Assembly: GCF_030028105.1 (NCBI RefSeq)
Contig: NC_092377.1
Span: 97,966,865 to 98,030,864 of the forward strand
Source of the DNA: Mobula birostris
Lineage: Eukaryota
Direction of reading: 5' to 3'
DNA: 64,000 nucleotides
Both the position numbers and the translations under genes were made by a program. Shown here piece after piece: positions 48,625-62,105 of the stretch. How positions within the stretch are numbered: position 1 is the stretch's first letter; each line of letters opens with the position of its first letter. The notes beneath the pieces are model-generated. The model was given only the letters and a program-made list of their open reading frames with translations. It searched no databases and was not told where the DNA came from.

Positions 48625-49095
48625 TAGCTCCTTCAACAGCCAGCCTTGGAGTCAAAGATGACTTGCCTCCACTTCAGTTTTAAAGTGGCCAGTGTGGGAC
48701 CTGCAGACTCTGTCACCTGATGCAGGAGAGTATGGTTGTTGGGTGTGTTGCTTTCGAAGTGCTCTGATCTTTGCATTGTTTTTGCTGAGCCTCTGCATGC
48801 TCTCATTGAAGAGGTGTAGGATACTCAGTGTCTTGTGAACAGTCAAAAGCCAGGGATTCCCAAAAGGTTACAAGAGGTTTTGAGAATACCTTGAAGTGTT
48901 TTGTCTACAAGTCTCTAGCTGTAAAGGAGCTTGCAGTAGAGTGCCAAATTCATGAGCCTGGTTTCAGGCCTGTAAGAGTACATGTCCTACCCACCAGAGA
49001 AGCCTGATCCTTGCTACTGGAATTGTTAGCCCAAGAGAGGGTATTGACATTCATTCCTTAATCCTACCAATGAATTTGGATGGTTTTGTGGAACA
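48625..49095 (-). mobile_element. RTE LINE 3' fragment
   Basis: ccttggagtcaaagatgacttgcctccact...; same family as 4868-5322. Confidence 0.6.
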
Positions 49096-49109
49096 GCTTT
49101 GTATTTGTA

Positions 49110-49350
49110 AATTTATTTTTATTTATTTTAGAGATACAGCGCCCAATGAAACACACCACCCAGCAGCCCACCTACTTAATACTAACCTAATCACAGTACA
49201 ATTTATAATGATCAATTAACCTACTAACTGGTATGCCTTTAGACTGTGGGAGGAAACTCACGCGGTTCACTGGGAGAACTTAAAAAATCTTTACTGATGG
49301 TGCTGAAATTGAACTCCATACTCCGGAACACCCAAGCTGGAATTGTTGTG
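49110..49350 (-). mobile_element. HE1-like V-SINE
   Basis: tttatttagagatacagc...aattaacctactaac...tgtgggaggaaact...ttgaactcc. Confidence 0.75.
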
Positions 49351-49554
49351 CTAGGTTGCCAATGGCACTGTAGATACAAGATGGCATTGATCACTCACTG
49401 CTGCCCGGTAGGCGACAATCTTTGTACTGATGTCATTGTCTTGATCTTAGAATGCTGTATTCCTCTCTCATTCAAGAGCTGTTTTGGTGCAGTGAAGGTG
49501 CTGGTGAATTTGTTGTACATAATGGAAAGAGGTCCTTTGTCTCACTGAGCCCAT

Positions 49555-49712
49555 GGTGATAGCAAGCACCCATTTTACACTGATCCTGTTTTATTCTCCC
49601 CATATCTTCATCAACTCCCACACACCATGATCCATCAACTGACCAACCTACTCGTATTTGGGATGTGAGAAGAAGCCTGAGCATCTGCTGTAAACCCAGA
49701 CGGTCACAGACA
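49555..49712 (-). mobile_element. V-SINE fragment
   Basis: tttgggatgtgagaagaagcctgagca...aaacccagacggtcacag. Confidence 0.55.
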
Positions 49713-50658
49713 GATCAAGGATGAGCTTTATTTGTCATATATCCAAGGCTTCCATCAGTCAGAGTCGACAACTGATGTTGCATCCTAGCTGTATAGATAC
49801 GCAAGCCAGGACAGTACAATATGCAGATGGATCTGTTGCCCGTGTAACAAGCTCCCTCTCTCCACACATCTGATGAACCCAAAGGAAGGGCAGAAACCAA
49901 CACATTTTGGCACTAGAAGTGTCACAGGAGTTGTCAGTCGGCATTGAACTCAACGTAGGACTGTTTCCGACTTCTCCCTCGGGGTTTACTCCCGAAGCCT
50001 TCACCGAGGGTGGGTATAGCCGCAAGGCAGTGGACGTTTGAGATAGAGTTTTCTTTCTCCTGGGTGGGTGAGCTGTCAACCACGGCTGATGAGCCCCATC
50101 TGCCCAAAGCGACTGGTTTTAAGGCACCCATAACCCACCTTATCCCTTAACCTGTCAGTAGAAATGGTTTCACCAAGCTTAGTAGCTAAGCCAGACGTGA
50201 AGACCAGAAGCTAGACTTAGTTGTCAGAGGCTATTTGAGGTGCACACCACCGGGAGCATTTAACAGTTAGTGGGAGCTGATCCTCATTAGCACCCCCAGC
50301 TACTGAGTAACAACCTTAAGCACCCATATGTACATTGAAACATTGTCATATGTACATCAAAACATTGAAACATGCAGTGAAATGCATAATCTGCATCAAA
50401 TCAAATCACCGAGGATAGTTTTGGGGAGCCCACAGGTGTCACCATGCATCCGGTGCCTGTATGGCATGGCCACAACTCACTAACCCTTACCTGTACATCT
50501 TTGGAGTGTGGGAGGAAACTGGAGCACACGGAGCAAACCCACATGGTCACGGGGAGAATGTACAAACCCCTGACAGGCAATGGCAGGAATTGAACCCCGA
50601 CAGACGAAATCTGGCAATGTAAAACAATCCACTAACCTCTATGCTACCGTACTGCCCC
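49713..50658 (-). mobile_element. V-SINE with Rex1-type tail, interrupted by an RTE-type element
   Basis: tRNA head ~50570-50658, V domain ctttggagtgtgggaggaaactggagcac, tail shared with 7074-7210. Confidence 0.75.
49746..50320 (-). mobile_element. Non-coding RTE-type element, second subfamily
   Basis: Colinear with 27295-27874 (gggtttactcccgaagcctt, gttgtcagaggctatttgagg, caacctt) with a divergent 3' part. Confidence 0.8.
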
Positions 50659-51919
50659 TTAGAGGATTTGTTTGGAAGAGAATAAATGGTAATGAAAGAG
50701 CCAATTTTGAAATAAACACAAGAATTTGAAAGTCAAAGATTTGAAGAGAACTGGAAATAAAAGTCTAGGCAACGGAATGAAGAAGGCATGAAAACTGACA
50801 CTGGAGAGAGGGCATCTTCTCTGAGTCCATTTGGATTGTCCATGGAGAGGGAACCCTAGACTAGGTGCTGTGAGCCTCAGGAATGAGATAAAAGCATTAA
50901 ATTAAAACAAGAATGATCCTTTTGCAAGCTAGTGAGATACTTTGGTCTGTGAGCTGTAGGCCCAAAGTGATTAGTTATGTTGCTCAGTGGAGACAGCCAA
51001 AAGTTAAAATGCTACTCGCATTTTGGAAAGCTCAGGGAGTTAACGAGACATGATATATGTAGAAGAGCGCACCATAATTAATTACATAAGTTTTCAGTTG
51101 TGATTCTGATAGAGATAATTTTTCTGCTTGGTTCTAGAGGTTCAAGCATGGAGCTATGGAAATTTGGGTATGAATTTGGTAGGGAGAGGAAGACTACTTT
51201 AGTGACCAGGATAATATAATGTTAAGGGGGTTGAAAATGCAGTATTTTTGGAGGAGTAATTGTGGCTTTGAATAAATAAAGATTTTTCATAGTTTTTCAA
51301 ATCAGTTTTTCATAAACTCTATTGTATTTCTTTATTTTACTGTTAATGCCTACAAGAAAATAAATCTCAAAGGTAGTCTTAGGTAACATATACTGTAAGT
51401 ACTTTGATAATAAATTTACTTTGAGTATTGAATTTTTGAATAAATGTTGAATGTTCCAGTTAACAGGTAACACATAATTGTAACAATACCCTTTCCGAGA
51501 AGCAAATGGAATAGAAGGAATAATTTGCATTGAAAATGCGCCTTTCACAACCTCTGGAAGTTTCAAATGAAGTATTGTATATTTAAAGTACTAATGAAAT
51601 ATTGTTATGATTAACTTACAATCATTCATACATCAAAACAGCAATGTAATATCGACCAGATAATGGACCATAATTTTCTGAACCACTGATGTCATGCTGT
51701 ATTCCATAATTAAAATTGTTCATGATTTAAGATTTGGGGAATTCATAGCAACTTCCAAAATCTGAACATTTATTCTACTTCTAGAACCACGTAACTGCAG
51801 GGATCTAATAAGTCTCATCCTTCTTATTAATATCTTGAAAACAAAAAAAAAATGCAAGTTCTATGTGATCCTCTTTTGCATCAAATCCTGATCTCTTGAA
51901 GCCTTGATCTCAGCAATAT

Positions 51920-52332
51920 TATGAAGGATCTTATCCCCTCTCATGGACTGTTTGTCCCACACCCATTGCAGAGGAAGCTGTGTTGCTTCCACACCAGGAT
52001 CACCAGACTCAAAAACAGTTCCTTTCCCCAGGCAGTAAAACTGATCAACACTTCCACCCACCAACTCACCTCCATCACCACTACTTTATCATTTCTTGTC
52101 AGAGTCACCTTACGTACAGATACTCCTGTGCCTAGCGACACTTTATGGACATACAATCAATCTGTGTATATAAGCTATCTTATGTGTATATATTTATTGC
52201 ATTTTTATTACTGTGTTCTTTATCTTATTGTGTATTTTTTGTGCTTCATTGAATATAGAATAACAATTATTCTGTTTTCCTTTACACCTGTGTTCTGGAA
52301 ATGACATTAAACAATCTGGATTCTTGAATCCT
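51920..52332 (+). mobile_element. Rex1/Babar 3' fragment
   Basis: TRITRLKNSSFPQAVKLIN and (cttgaat)n-like tail. Confidence 0.8.
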
Positions 52333-54734
52333 CAATCACTGGCCATGCTTTCTTTTGGCTAGGAAATTCACCATCTCCCCAAATCTTTGATTTTCCTATT
52401 TGTCATTGGCTTAACTTCAGCTTTTTAATCAGTGATCTGCCTTCTGTGTTGATTGACTTTCTTTATGTGAGGTGTGACTGGTCACTGGAGTGTTTTCCCT
52501 CTGATGAATATTCACTTCAGTTTTACCAAAGTTCCTTAATGTCACAATCTTTCATGCTGTCTCGATGCCTGGGGAGAATAGTCCCCACTTTGCCTCTGAA
52601 ATTCAGCTGTTTGATCCATGGATCTAAAGCCAGGTGGTCTTGTGAAATCCAACTGGCATCAAAGAAGTGGTGCTTGTTAGCATTATTGATGACTTTCTCA
52701 ATGACTGAGTATAGACTGACTGGGAGTTATCCCTATGATGTTGCTGAATGTAACATCCCACTATTTAGACCAGCCATGAAGAAGAAACAGCAAAATATTT
52801 CCAAATCAGGTCAGCTTGCATCTGAAGGGGTGTACCTGGTACCCCATGTACCAGGATCCCTTTTCCTTACTGAAGTAACCAGAAGAATAACTACATTCCT
52901 TCTGGATTGTACTTCCATTAACAACATCCAATTAAGATATAAAGTTGATTGCCAACTTTCATTCTGTTGGCAAAGTTAAGCCTAACTTTATGTGAAGCTG
53001 TATAATTGCATGTGGAGATGTTTAAGCAGCAGTTGTGCATGAGCGTCTTGGACAGCCTTAGAGCTATTAAGTCTCTTTCCCCAACATTATCAGAACTGTT
53101 GCTCGATTTTTCATGTACTCACTATAAAAAATAATTATCACGGTGGCCCAGTGATCTCAGATAAGATTTTGAGTCAAAACCAAAGATTTCTCCTCTGCCT
53201 TAGTGAAATGAGAAAATGCTAAGAGAGCAGTTTAACCTTATGTACTTATAATAATGTACTACGTGCTTCATCTGTCATGAGTATCATCATCACTGATACA
53301 CATAGCTTGCACAGGCACTCTGTCAAGGCTGGTGTAATTTGTATTCTTTTGGCAGAAGCAATAAGGATGTTGCCACACTAGTAGTAGGGGTGGAAAAAGC
53401 TGGTTGTTTGGTGTTGAGTGATGATCTGACAAAATATTATCTCACCTTTTTTATCTAAGGACTGGGCTTGTAGAGAGGAAAGCCAATGGTCTTTTCCTGA
53501 GCAATATCCTTGTTAATGTGTCTTATTGATCCATGCAGTGGGGCTATCACTAATTGGATGATTAGAATAATAAAAAATTAAAGTATTCTTCCTAGGTAGT
53601 GATAAATGTCTGGGTATATACATAGTGTAACATGTTATTCCAAAAGTGTCCTGCTTTTTTACCTTCTTTGTTTGAAAGCAGTAATCTAGGTTATCGTTAC
53701 AACGTCCACAAGCTTCCAACAACCCCTGTCCACAGCTGTATGATTTTTTTAAATTAACCCTCTGTGGTCTCGCTCTTTTGCAACGGGAGAACTTAGTTTT
53801 CTCTAAGAGACTTAGTATTACCAGAATCCAAGAGACTCTGGTACCACTCAAACTGGAAGGTTTTCCTTTGAGATTCATTATTATGTCACACTGTAGCTGC
53901 AACTGAGTTCATTTAACCTATTGGATGAATGTTAAATATTTTAGAATTGTTTGGATGTCTTAATAAAGACCTGAAGGTAAAGTGGGACATAGAGCAAAAA
54001 TATTTTAAATAATTCAATTTCTAAATATTCTCTAAATATGAACATTTATCACAAGATTTACAAGCATCATAGAACTAAATATTGAACTATTAATGCATCA
54101 TTATTACAAACTCCTGGATCTGTCTTGATAGTCTCTTAGATAGAGCTCAGGTCACTCTAAAATTATGTCATGTTCAAGAATATTTTAAACTGCCCAATAT
54201 TAGATTATTCAGAAGCAGAACTCATGATGAAAACCATAGAACCCCTTTTGTGATCTGAACTGGATATTGTTTCTTTATACCTTCTCTAATGTGTGTTTCA
54301 ATTTTATCAAAAAATCAAGTGTGTTCAATAAAGCAAGAACTGGTGGAAATTGTTAAGCTGCTGGATTTTTTTCAACCGGCACCAAGTAACAAGCATAATC
54401 AAATCTCACTTCATGAATGATTCAAGTAACTACAGAATCTTTCTGTAGTGCGAGAGGAACGATAAAAATACACCAGACTATTAGCGTGCTCACATCATTT
54501 TCTTCTTGCCGTTCTGATTCAGGGCTTGTAATAAGGGAGTTGCCAATCCAGAGGCTCTTAAAATAGATTTGACTACCATTATTATCTTCCTTTTCTCTGT
54601 GTTTCCCCTGGACATTTCCAAAGGAAATCCTTCATACTTCATGCATATTCAGGTTCACCATTAGTCCTGTCAATAAAACTATAGCTCCCCACCAGGTGCA
54701 TGCTTAAACCAAACATCTGCTTTAAAGAAAAATA

Positions 54735-54970
54735 GGATACTTGTAACTGTAACTGGCTTCCATTTCTTAAAATGCTCCAAGGTGATTTACAATCATAGAG
54801 TTATTTCTGAACTGAGTTATGATCATAATATAGGAAATGTGGTAGCCATTTTATGCACCTGAAGCTCCCACAGCATTACAACTGACAAAAACGGGCTGAG
54901 GCATTTACTTGTTCCCAAAATCAGATAATTTTGAGAACAAACTGTGACATGCTTTGGATGTAATATTGGT
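54735..54970 (-). mobile_element. Deu-SINE-type remnant
   Basis: taatataggaaatgtggtagccattttatgcac..aagctcccaca is antisense of 1-50. Confidence 0.55.
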
Positions 54971-55511
54971 TTAAAAAGATGGTAGTGTGTTGCATTTATA
55001 GTGCCACAACACAATCACAAATAATTTTTAATCAAACTATCCTTTATTTGGAAAGGGTAGTTTCCTAAAAGAAAGATTAATGCCGCTACTGGCTGTTAGT
55101 CACACAGCTATGACACTACAACTCCAGTAAAGCGGACCCATACAGTTCATAAAAACCGTGAGTAGGCAGAAGGCGGGTGAGGGTGTTCTCCAAGGTTCAT
55201 AGGTAGAGACCTTCCACAGTTTAGAGAAGGAATTAACAGTAGAAGAGACAACTATATTGATGAGTGGACAGAGAGCGGTGGTGGAGGTTAGAACAAGGTC
55301 ACATGGCAGGAGATTTCAGTGAACTAACGTATAGGAGTAATGCCCCCAGGAAGGTGGAGCAGTCTAAAAAAATGGACTATTACCTCACAAGATATGTGAA
55401 AGCGAGTCGTCTGTATCTTGAAGTTGCTTCTGAATGTACTATCACCCTGACTATTTAGTTACCAAGTCACACACAATGAGAACCAGGCAGTAGCCCATCC
55501 TCCCTCTTTCT

Positions 55512-56182
55512 TTCAGTTTCAAGTTTTATTGTCATTCAACCATGTACATTTATACTGCTAAATGAAACAGTGTTCCCCCAGGGCCAAGGTGCAAACCACA
55601 GTATATAAGTCACACACGGCACTTATACAGTACAAAAAAAGTAGCACAAGTCCCTGAGTGACATGGCCTGAAGATTATTGGTGCATGGGATGTTGTCCTG
55701 GAGCCATCTTTCTGTAAGAATAAGTATGCAGCAGTTCCTCACCTTGTGATGGTTCAGCAACTGAAGACGAAACAACTTGTCTCATACTGGGTCAGCCGCA
55801 GACTATCCAGCTTGTATTCCACTGAGCGAACACTGGAGAGCAGCACTGATGGGGAGGGACAGCCCCCAACCCAGAACAGATTCCAGTGCACCTGCCACAC
55901 GTTTGTTCTCTTCCACACTCCCTCTGGTGCCAGTTCGCCTTGCTGGCTGTAGCAGGTGACACTGCAGCATGAGGGTCTGCTCCACACAACAACCAAAGCC
56001 ACGTAACTCCGCCGGCGTCAGTCTCGCAAATGAACCAATGAACGGGACCTGGGGTATTTTATATGACTACTGTCCAACAAGGTCTTACAATCACGATAAA
56101 CATGTTTAAGACACACATTTGCACCATTTGTTGGAGCCGGAAAAGGCTGCTGCAACCAAGCGCGCCACCACCTTATTGGAAG
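55512..56182 (-). mobile_element. Non-coding Rex1-tailed element
   Basis: Tail ttcaagttttattgtcattcaacc (also ~62525-62700); 5' end cttccaataaggtggtggcgcg. Confidence 0.55.
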
Positions 56183-56399
56183 TAACTAATGTAACCTTTG
56201 GTAATACAGTCAAATGCAAACTACTGTGGATGAAAAGCTGAAATAATAACAGCAGAACTCGGTAGATCAAGCAGTATCTATATATATATAGCATAATATA
56301 ATTATATTATATATAATTAAATAAGAAGTGCAAAAAGAGAGCAAATAGTGAAGTAGTATTCAGCTACCTTATTCCCTATACTGTACACATTCAAATATT

Positions 56400-56788
56400 A
56401 CACCTTCAGTTCTGTATTCACCCTTTTTGATTTTGTCCACTTTTTACATCGCAACTCATCCTGTTGATTGTAATTTTTTCCCTATCATCAGCATCTCCTT
56501 GCTAGGAGTCTCATTACATCCTGCCTCTTTGTAAACCAACTACCTCGTCTTCAGCACTATCTCTCCGGTTCCCATCCCCTGCCAAATTAGTTTAAAACCT
56601 CTCAAACAACTGCAGCAGACTTACCTGTGAGGAAACTGGTCCCCCTTGGGTTCAGATGCAGCCCATCCCTTTTGTACAGGTTATGCCTTCTGCATAAGAG
56701 ATCCCAATGATCCATAAATCTGAACCCCTGCCCTCTGCACCAGTTCCTCAGCCACGCATTCACCTGCCAAGTCATCCCATTCTTATAC
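56400..56788 (-). mobile_element. CR1 ORF1 esterase fragment
   Basis: VNAWLRNWCRGQGFRFMDHWDL...DGLHLN. Confidence 0.85.
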
Positions 56789-58495
56789 AAGGCTGTGTGC
56801 TTAGCCCCCGCTCTATTTGTTTTGTACCTATGACTGTGTGACTAAATACAACTCCAATGCCTTACTTAAGCTTGCTAATGGCACCATTCTTGTTGACTGA
56901 ACCAAAGGAGGTGACGAATCGGCATATACGAGGGGTGATTGATAAGTTGGTGGCCTGAGGTAGAAGGAATCAATTTTAGAAAACCTAGCACATCTATTTT
57001 TCCTACATTTACACACTTAGTCCAACTGTCGTGGAGCATATAGATCCCTTCTTTGTAGAAGTTGGCATCTTAGACCTCCAGAAAGTGGTCCACAGCAGGG
57101 GTGATTGATAATTTTGTGGCCTAAAGTAGAAGGAGATGAGGAGAAACTTCAGACTTTCTGCATTTTCACTCAGAGTTGAAATGTATGTGCATGTAACAAG
57201 AGCTGTATAACACATCTCCTTCTACCTTAGGCCACGAACTTATCAATCACCCCTGCTGTGGACTGCCTGGAGGTCCAAGAAGCTCTCGTTACATGCATGT
57301 GCAGTTCAACTCTTTGAGTGATAATGCAGAAAGTTTGAAGTTAATAACTCATCTCGTTTTACCTTAGGCCATGGACTTATCAATCACCCTTGCTGTGGAC
57401 CACTTCTACAAAGAAGGGATCCGTATGCTCCACGACCGTCAGACTAAGTGTGTACATGTAGGAGGGGACTATGTTGAAAAATAGATGTGCAAGGTTTTCT
57501 AAAATTGACGCCTTCTACCTTAGGCCACGGAGTTATCAATCACCCCGCGTAAGAGAGAGATTGAAGTTCTGGTTGAGTGGTGCTGCAACAACAATCTCGC
57601 ACTCAACATCAGCAAAACCAAAGAGCGGATTATCGACAAAGGAAGAAGCTAAAGGTCTGTGAGTCATTCCTCATTAGGAGATCAGAGGTGGTGAGATTCA
57701 GTAACTTTATATTCCTTGGCTTTATCACATCAGATGATCTGACCTGGGACCTGCACATAAGTGTCATCACAAAGAGCCATGACAGCTTCTTTACTTTATT
57801 CAAAGTTTGTGCAAGTTCAGCATGTTGTCTCAAACTTTGACAAACTTCTATAGATGCACAGTGGAGAGTATCCTGACTGGTCGCATCACAGCCTGGTATG
57901 AGAGCACTAATGCTCAAGAACAGAAAAGTCAACAGAAAGTGGTGAGTACAGCTAACATCACAGGCCAAGCCCTCCCCACAATTGAACACATCTACAAGGA
58001 GCACGACCACAAGAAAGTAGCATCCATCATCATGGTACCCCACCATCCAGTCCATGCTCTCTCTGACTGCAGCCTTTGGGAAGGAAGTTAAGGAGCTTCA
58101 GGTCCCACAGCACTAACCTTAGGAACAGTTATTATCCTTCAGCCATCAGGGTCCTGAACCAGTGTGAATAACTTCACTCACCTTAACTCTGAACTGATTC
58201 CACAACCTACAGACTCACTTTCAAGGACTCTGCAACTCATGTTCTCAGTATTATTTATTTATTTGTTTGTTTGTTAGTTAGTTAGTTAGTTAGTTATTAT
58301 TTTATTTGCACAGCCTGATTCTTTCGCACACTGGTGTTTGCCTGTCTTTTCATATGTGTGTGTTTTTTTAAAAATTAATTTTATTGTATTTCTCTGTTCT
58401 ACTGTGAATGTCTGCAAGAAAATGAAATTCAGGGTGGTATACTGCATTGGTGACATTTACATACTTTGATAATAAATTGACTTTGAAGTTTGAAT
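56789..58495 (+). mobile_element. Rex1/Babar RT-to-3' fragment interrupted by a mariner MITE
   Basis: QGCVLSP, GGDESAY|KREIE, FYRCTVESILTG, (tttgaa)n tail. Confidence 0.88.
56929..57549. mobile_element. 621-bp mariner-type MITE with five TIR copies
   Basis: TA TSD (56927-56928, 57550-57551); TIR cgaggggtgattgataagtt.gtggcct.aggtagaagg. Confidence 0.9.
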
Positions 58496-58604
58496 TACAA
58501 GTAATTATATAAAATGCAAACAGATAACAGATAATTAATTGTTAAACTGCAAAGAAAATATCAATTAAACAATCTAATCTAAGAGTTAAACAGTCAGATG
58601 CCAA

Positions 58605-59575
58605 TAAGTATCTGGTTTAATATCACTGACGTATGTCATGAATTTGTTGTTTAGCAGCAGAAGTACGTTGTAAATCATAATAGTTAAAAACTATTGAGGT
58701 AGTGTTCATAGGTTCATTGTCCATTTCGAAATCTGATGGTGGAGGGGAAGAAGCTGTCCCTGAAACATTGGGTGTGTGCTTACAGGTTCCTGTGCCTCCT
58801 CCTTGATGGCAACAATACAATGAGGGCATGAACTGGATGATGGGGCCATAGACTCTACAGGTTTTGAGGAGATTGAGGCATGCAAGGCTTCCCACCCCAA
58901 TTCTAACAACTTGCTACAGGAACACCATCAAGAGTGTTCTGTCTGACTGCATCATTATGTGGTACAAATGGTGTAAGGTGTTGGACCACATGACCCCACA
59001 GAGGATAGTAAAACCTGCCAAGAGGGTCACCGGGGTCTCCCTCCCACTATTTGTGACTTTTACTGAGAGCATTGTATACAAAGTATTATTGAGGATTCCC
59101 TACCAGCCATCCCACAATCTCTTTGACCCACTGCCATCAGGAAGGAGGTACATGAGCGTCAGGATTAGGACTACCAGACTGGGTAGCAGCTTCCTCGCTC
59201 AGGCTGTGAGACTAATGAATGCCCTGCCACCACTGAGGTCTTGTCATAAGGACTGTGAGCTGTTCAGTGTACTGTTTACCTATGCTGCACACTACATGCA
59301 CTTTGAATTATATTTTCTTTACTTATTTGTAGTAATATTTTGTTTTATGTGTGTGATGTATGTTTTGTGGGTGAACTGTGGTTTGGAAGAATGTTGTTTT
59401 GTGTACGGTCAGACAAGAATAAACTTGAACTTGATTAGTAAGGGTGTTATAGGTTATGGGGAGAAGGCAGAAGAATGGAATTGAGAGGGATAGTACATCA
59501 GCCTTGATGGAATACCAAAGCAGACTCGAAAGGTGGAATGACCATATTTTGCTCCATTGTCATGTGGTCTATGAA
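58605..59575. mobile_element. Adjacent Rex1 (-), Rex1 (+) and CR1-tail (+) fragments
   Basis: 58605-58848 antisense tail; 58850-59432 PSHNLFDPLPSGRRY...SFLAQAVRL with (cttgaa)n; 59433-59575 CR1 tail. Confidence 0.8.
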
Positions 59576-60044
59576 TGTCTGTGAACCAGGAGGGGTACCA
59601 GTAGGAGTAACCAGTAGGGGTAAACGCTCATCCTTTCACTTGTACATTATTTAACCTTCATAATTTCATGAGATCATTTCAATTCTAAGATTTATTCAAC
59701 TATTAGTCTTTCTTTCGGAGTGGTGATTTTCATGCATGTACTCGGCAGGCAGTTTTGTGTTCCAAAAGTAAGCAAGGAGTCAAGGAGGAGAATGTTGTGC
59801 CCACGAAGGCTGTGCTTTCATCTGATCTCTCAGTGGGTCCCTTTGTATGCATTAGTGTCAATGACCAGTGGGAGTGAAAGCACTTAAGTAGTTTTTGATT
59901 ACTTTATATTTAATGTACGTATCGCAAGGTATTTTGCCTCAGAATTTTCAGGTGTCTGTGAATTTTCTGTGAGTACTCTCGCTTTACCTTCCTGATGGCA
60001 CGAGAGGGTGGGTCTTGCTGACCTTAGAGTTGTTCTATCCTCCA

Positions 60045-60925
60045 ATCTAAAGGCAGCGGCTATGAACCTCTGCTTTAAATATACCCAATACATTAGCCTC
60101 TAAAGCCATCTGTGGCAATGAATTCCACAGATTCACCACTCTCTAGTTAAAGGAATTCCTCCTCATCTCTGTTCTAAAGGGACGTCCTTCTATTCTGAGG
60201 CTATTTTGAGATGAGGAGGAACTGCTTTTCCAAGAAGGTGGTGAACCTGTGGAATTCCCTGCCTAATGGAGCAGTGGAGGCTACGTCAGTAAATATATTT
60301 CAGACAAGGTTGGATAGATTTTTGCAAAGTTGGGGAATTAAGGGTTATGTGGAAAAGGCAGGTAGGTGGAGGTGAGTCCGTGGCCAGATCAGCCATGATA
60401 TTGAATGGCAGAGTAGGCTTGTTGGGCCGTATGGCCTACTCCTGCTCCTATTTCTTATGTTCTTATGAGGCTGTGCCTTTTGGTCCTAGACTCCACCACT
60501 ATAGGAAACACCTCCATGTCCTGTCTCTCTAGGTCTTTCAAAATTCAATAGCTTTCATTGAGAACCCCTCTCATTCTCCTAAACTTACGTGAGCCATCAA
60601 ACACTCCTCATACATGAGCCCTTTCATTCCTGGGATAATTCTCGTGAACCTCCTCTGGACCTTCTCCAATGCCAGCAAGCACATCCTTTCTTAGATCTTA
60701 GATAAGAAGCATAAAACTTCTCACTATGTTCCAAGTATGGTCTGACCAATGCCTTATAAAGCCTCAAGATTTAATACTTGCTTTTATGTTCTAGTCATTT
60801 CGAAAGGAATGCTATCATTGCATTTGCCTTCCTTAGTACCAACTCAACCTGCAAGTTAACTTTTAGGGAGTCCTGCATGTCTGAATTCTTAATTTACTCC
60901 CCATTTAGAAAGCAGTCTATGTCAT
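60045..60925 (-). mobile_element. CR1 3' fragment with an opposite-strand CR1 tail inserted (60203-60465)
   Basis: Colinear with ~3190-4300; insert flanked by TSD tgaggct (60196-60202, 60466-60472). Confidence 0.88.
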
Positions 60926-61954
60926 AACATTGTAATAAATCTTACTGTTTGCCGTTTACTTTTGAAATTTATCATGGCTACATGTCTTTTAAAGCAATTG
61001 ATCCCAAATATCATAGATTATTGAAACCTGGAAGGATGGTTACAAAGGAGCTCCTTGCCATCATGGGATTGGCCTTCTAGAGAGTGATTCAAAATATAGC
61101 TGATGCCATGCACCCAGGCTGATGTGAATGAAGCCTGACATTTTGAGCAGCCATCACAGAGGAAACCATAATAGACTGACATAATGTTGAGGCACATTAA
61201 CCTTTCTGTACAATATTGTTATACTTGGGTCTATCGCTGTGTGTTTGGCAAAGTGATTTTGATTCTGCTGATAGAGGCTTACACTCTAGAAAAGCTAAAC
61301 AATGTGTTCAGTAAATGAGCAGCTCTCCAATGTTAAGTGTGTGCTTTCTAGCTTGTGCTTGTGTGATTCACCACCGGAGAATGGAAGAATGCTGCAGATT
61401 CTTTAAGATGAAGCCCATGCCAGTTATCAGGAACAAAAAGAAAGTTACATGATGCGCAGATAGATGACATAGAGTTTGCTGGAAACCATGTGTCATGAGA
61501 TTCTGTGATGTGACTAGAGGGCTCTGACAGCACACTGATGTAGGGTCACCCTTGTGCACCACAAGCCATTCATCCTCACCTCTTCCTTCTCCAGTTCCTG
61601 TCTCACTTCTTCATGCTGCATCCCCACGAGTAACGTGCCGGTTCTCCTCTTTGCTACGTTGTACAGTAAGCAGCAGATGAACTGAGACACTCTGTCTGGG
61701 GAGTACTGGAAGGTGCCCTTTGATAGCAAATCTCACATTGAGTCTAGTGGCATGCTCCATTCTTTATGGCACCTTGCTTCCATCATAATAACTCATAGCT
61801 ACTGTGATGGTGAGCATAGAGATGGCAGAAACTTAGGTAAGAAGGGGCCAAACTCTATCCATCAGGGCAGTGTGGCCTACACGCAAGACCAACAGCTGTG
61901 TCATTTTAGGAATGATAAAGTCTTGCTAGCGCCCAAGATGCCTTGCAGTCTTTC

Positions 61955-62105
61955 TAGAGTCATACAACACAGAAAAAAAACCCTTTGGCCCAACTTGTTT
62001 GATCAAGTTGCACCATTTGTCTGTGTTAGGCTCAAATCCCTCTAAATCTGTCTTATCCATGTACCTGACTAAATGTCTTTTAAATGTTGTAATTGTACCC
62101 AACCT
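61955..62105 (-). mobile_element. CR1 3' tail
   Basis: Antisense TITTFKRHLVRYMD; tagagtcatacaacacagaaa...ccctttggcccaac. Confidence 0.75.

Noticed and set aside
49870-49900. CTGATGAacccaaaggaagggcaGAAA hammerhead-like string
   Set aside because: Stem is out of register with the core, no NUH site or helix I, and the related copy near 27425-27455 does not keep the motif.
52446-52979. 177-aa ORF in apparently unique DNA
   Set aside because: Non-ATG start, no recognisable domain and no convincing splice context; consistent with a chance ORF.
61020-61260. Possible LF-SINE-like remnant
   Set aside because: Only a short word (gttgaggcacatt) matches from memory; too weak to call.
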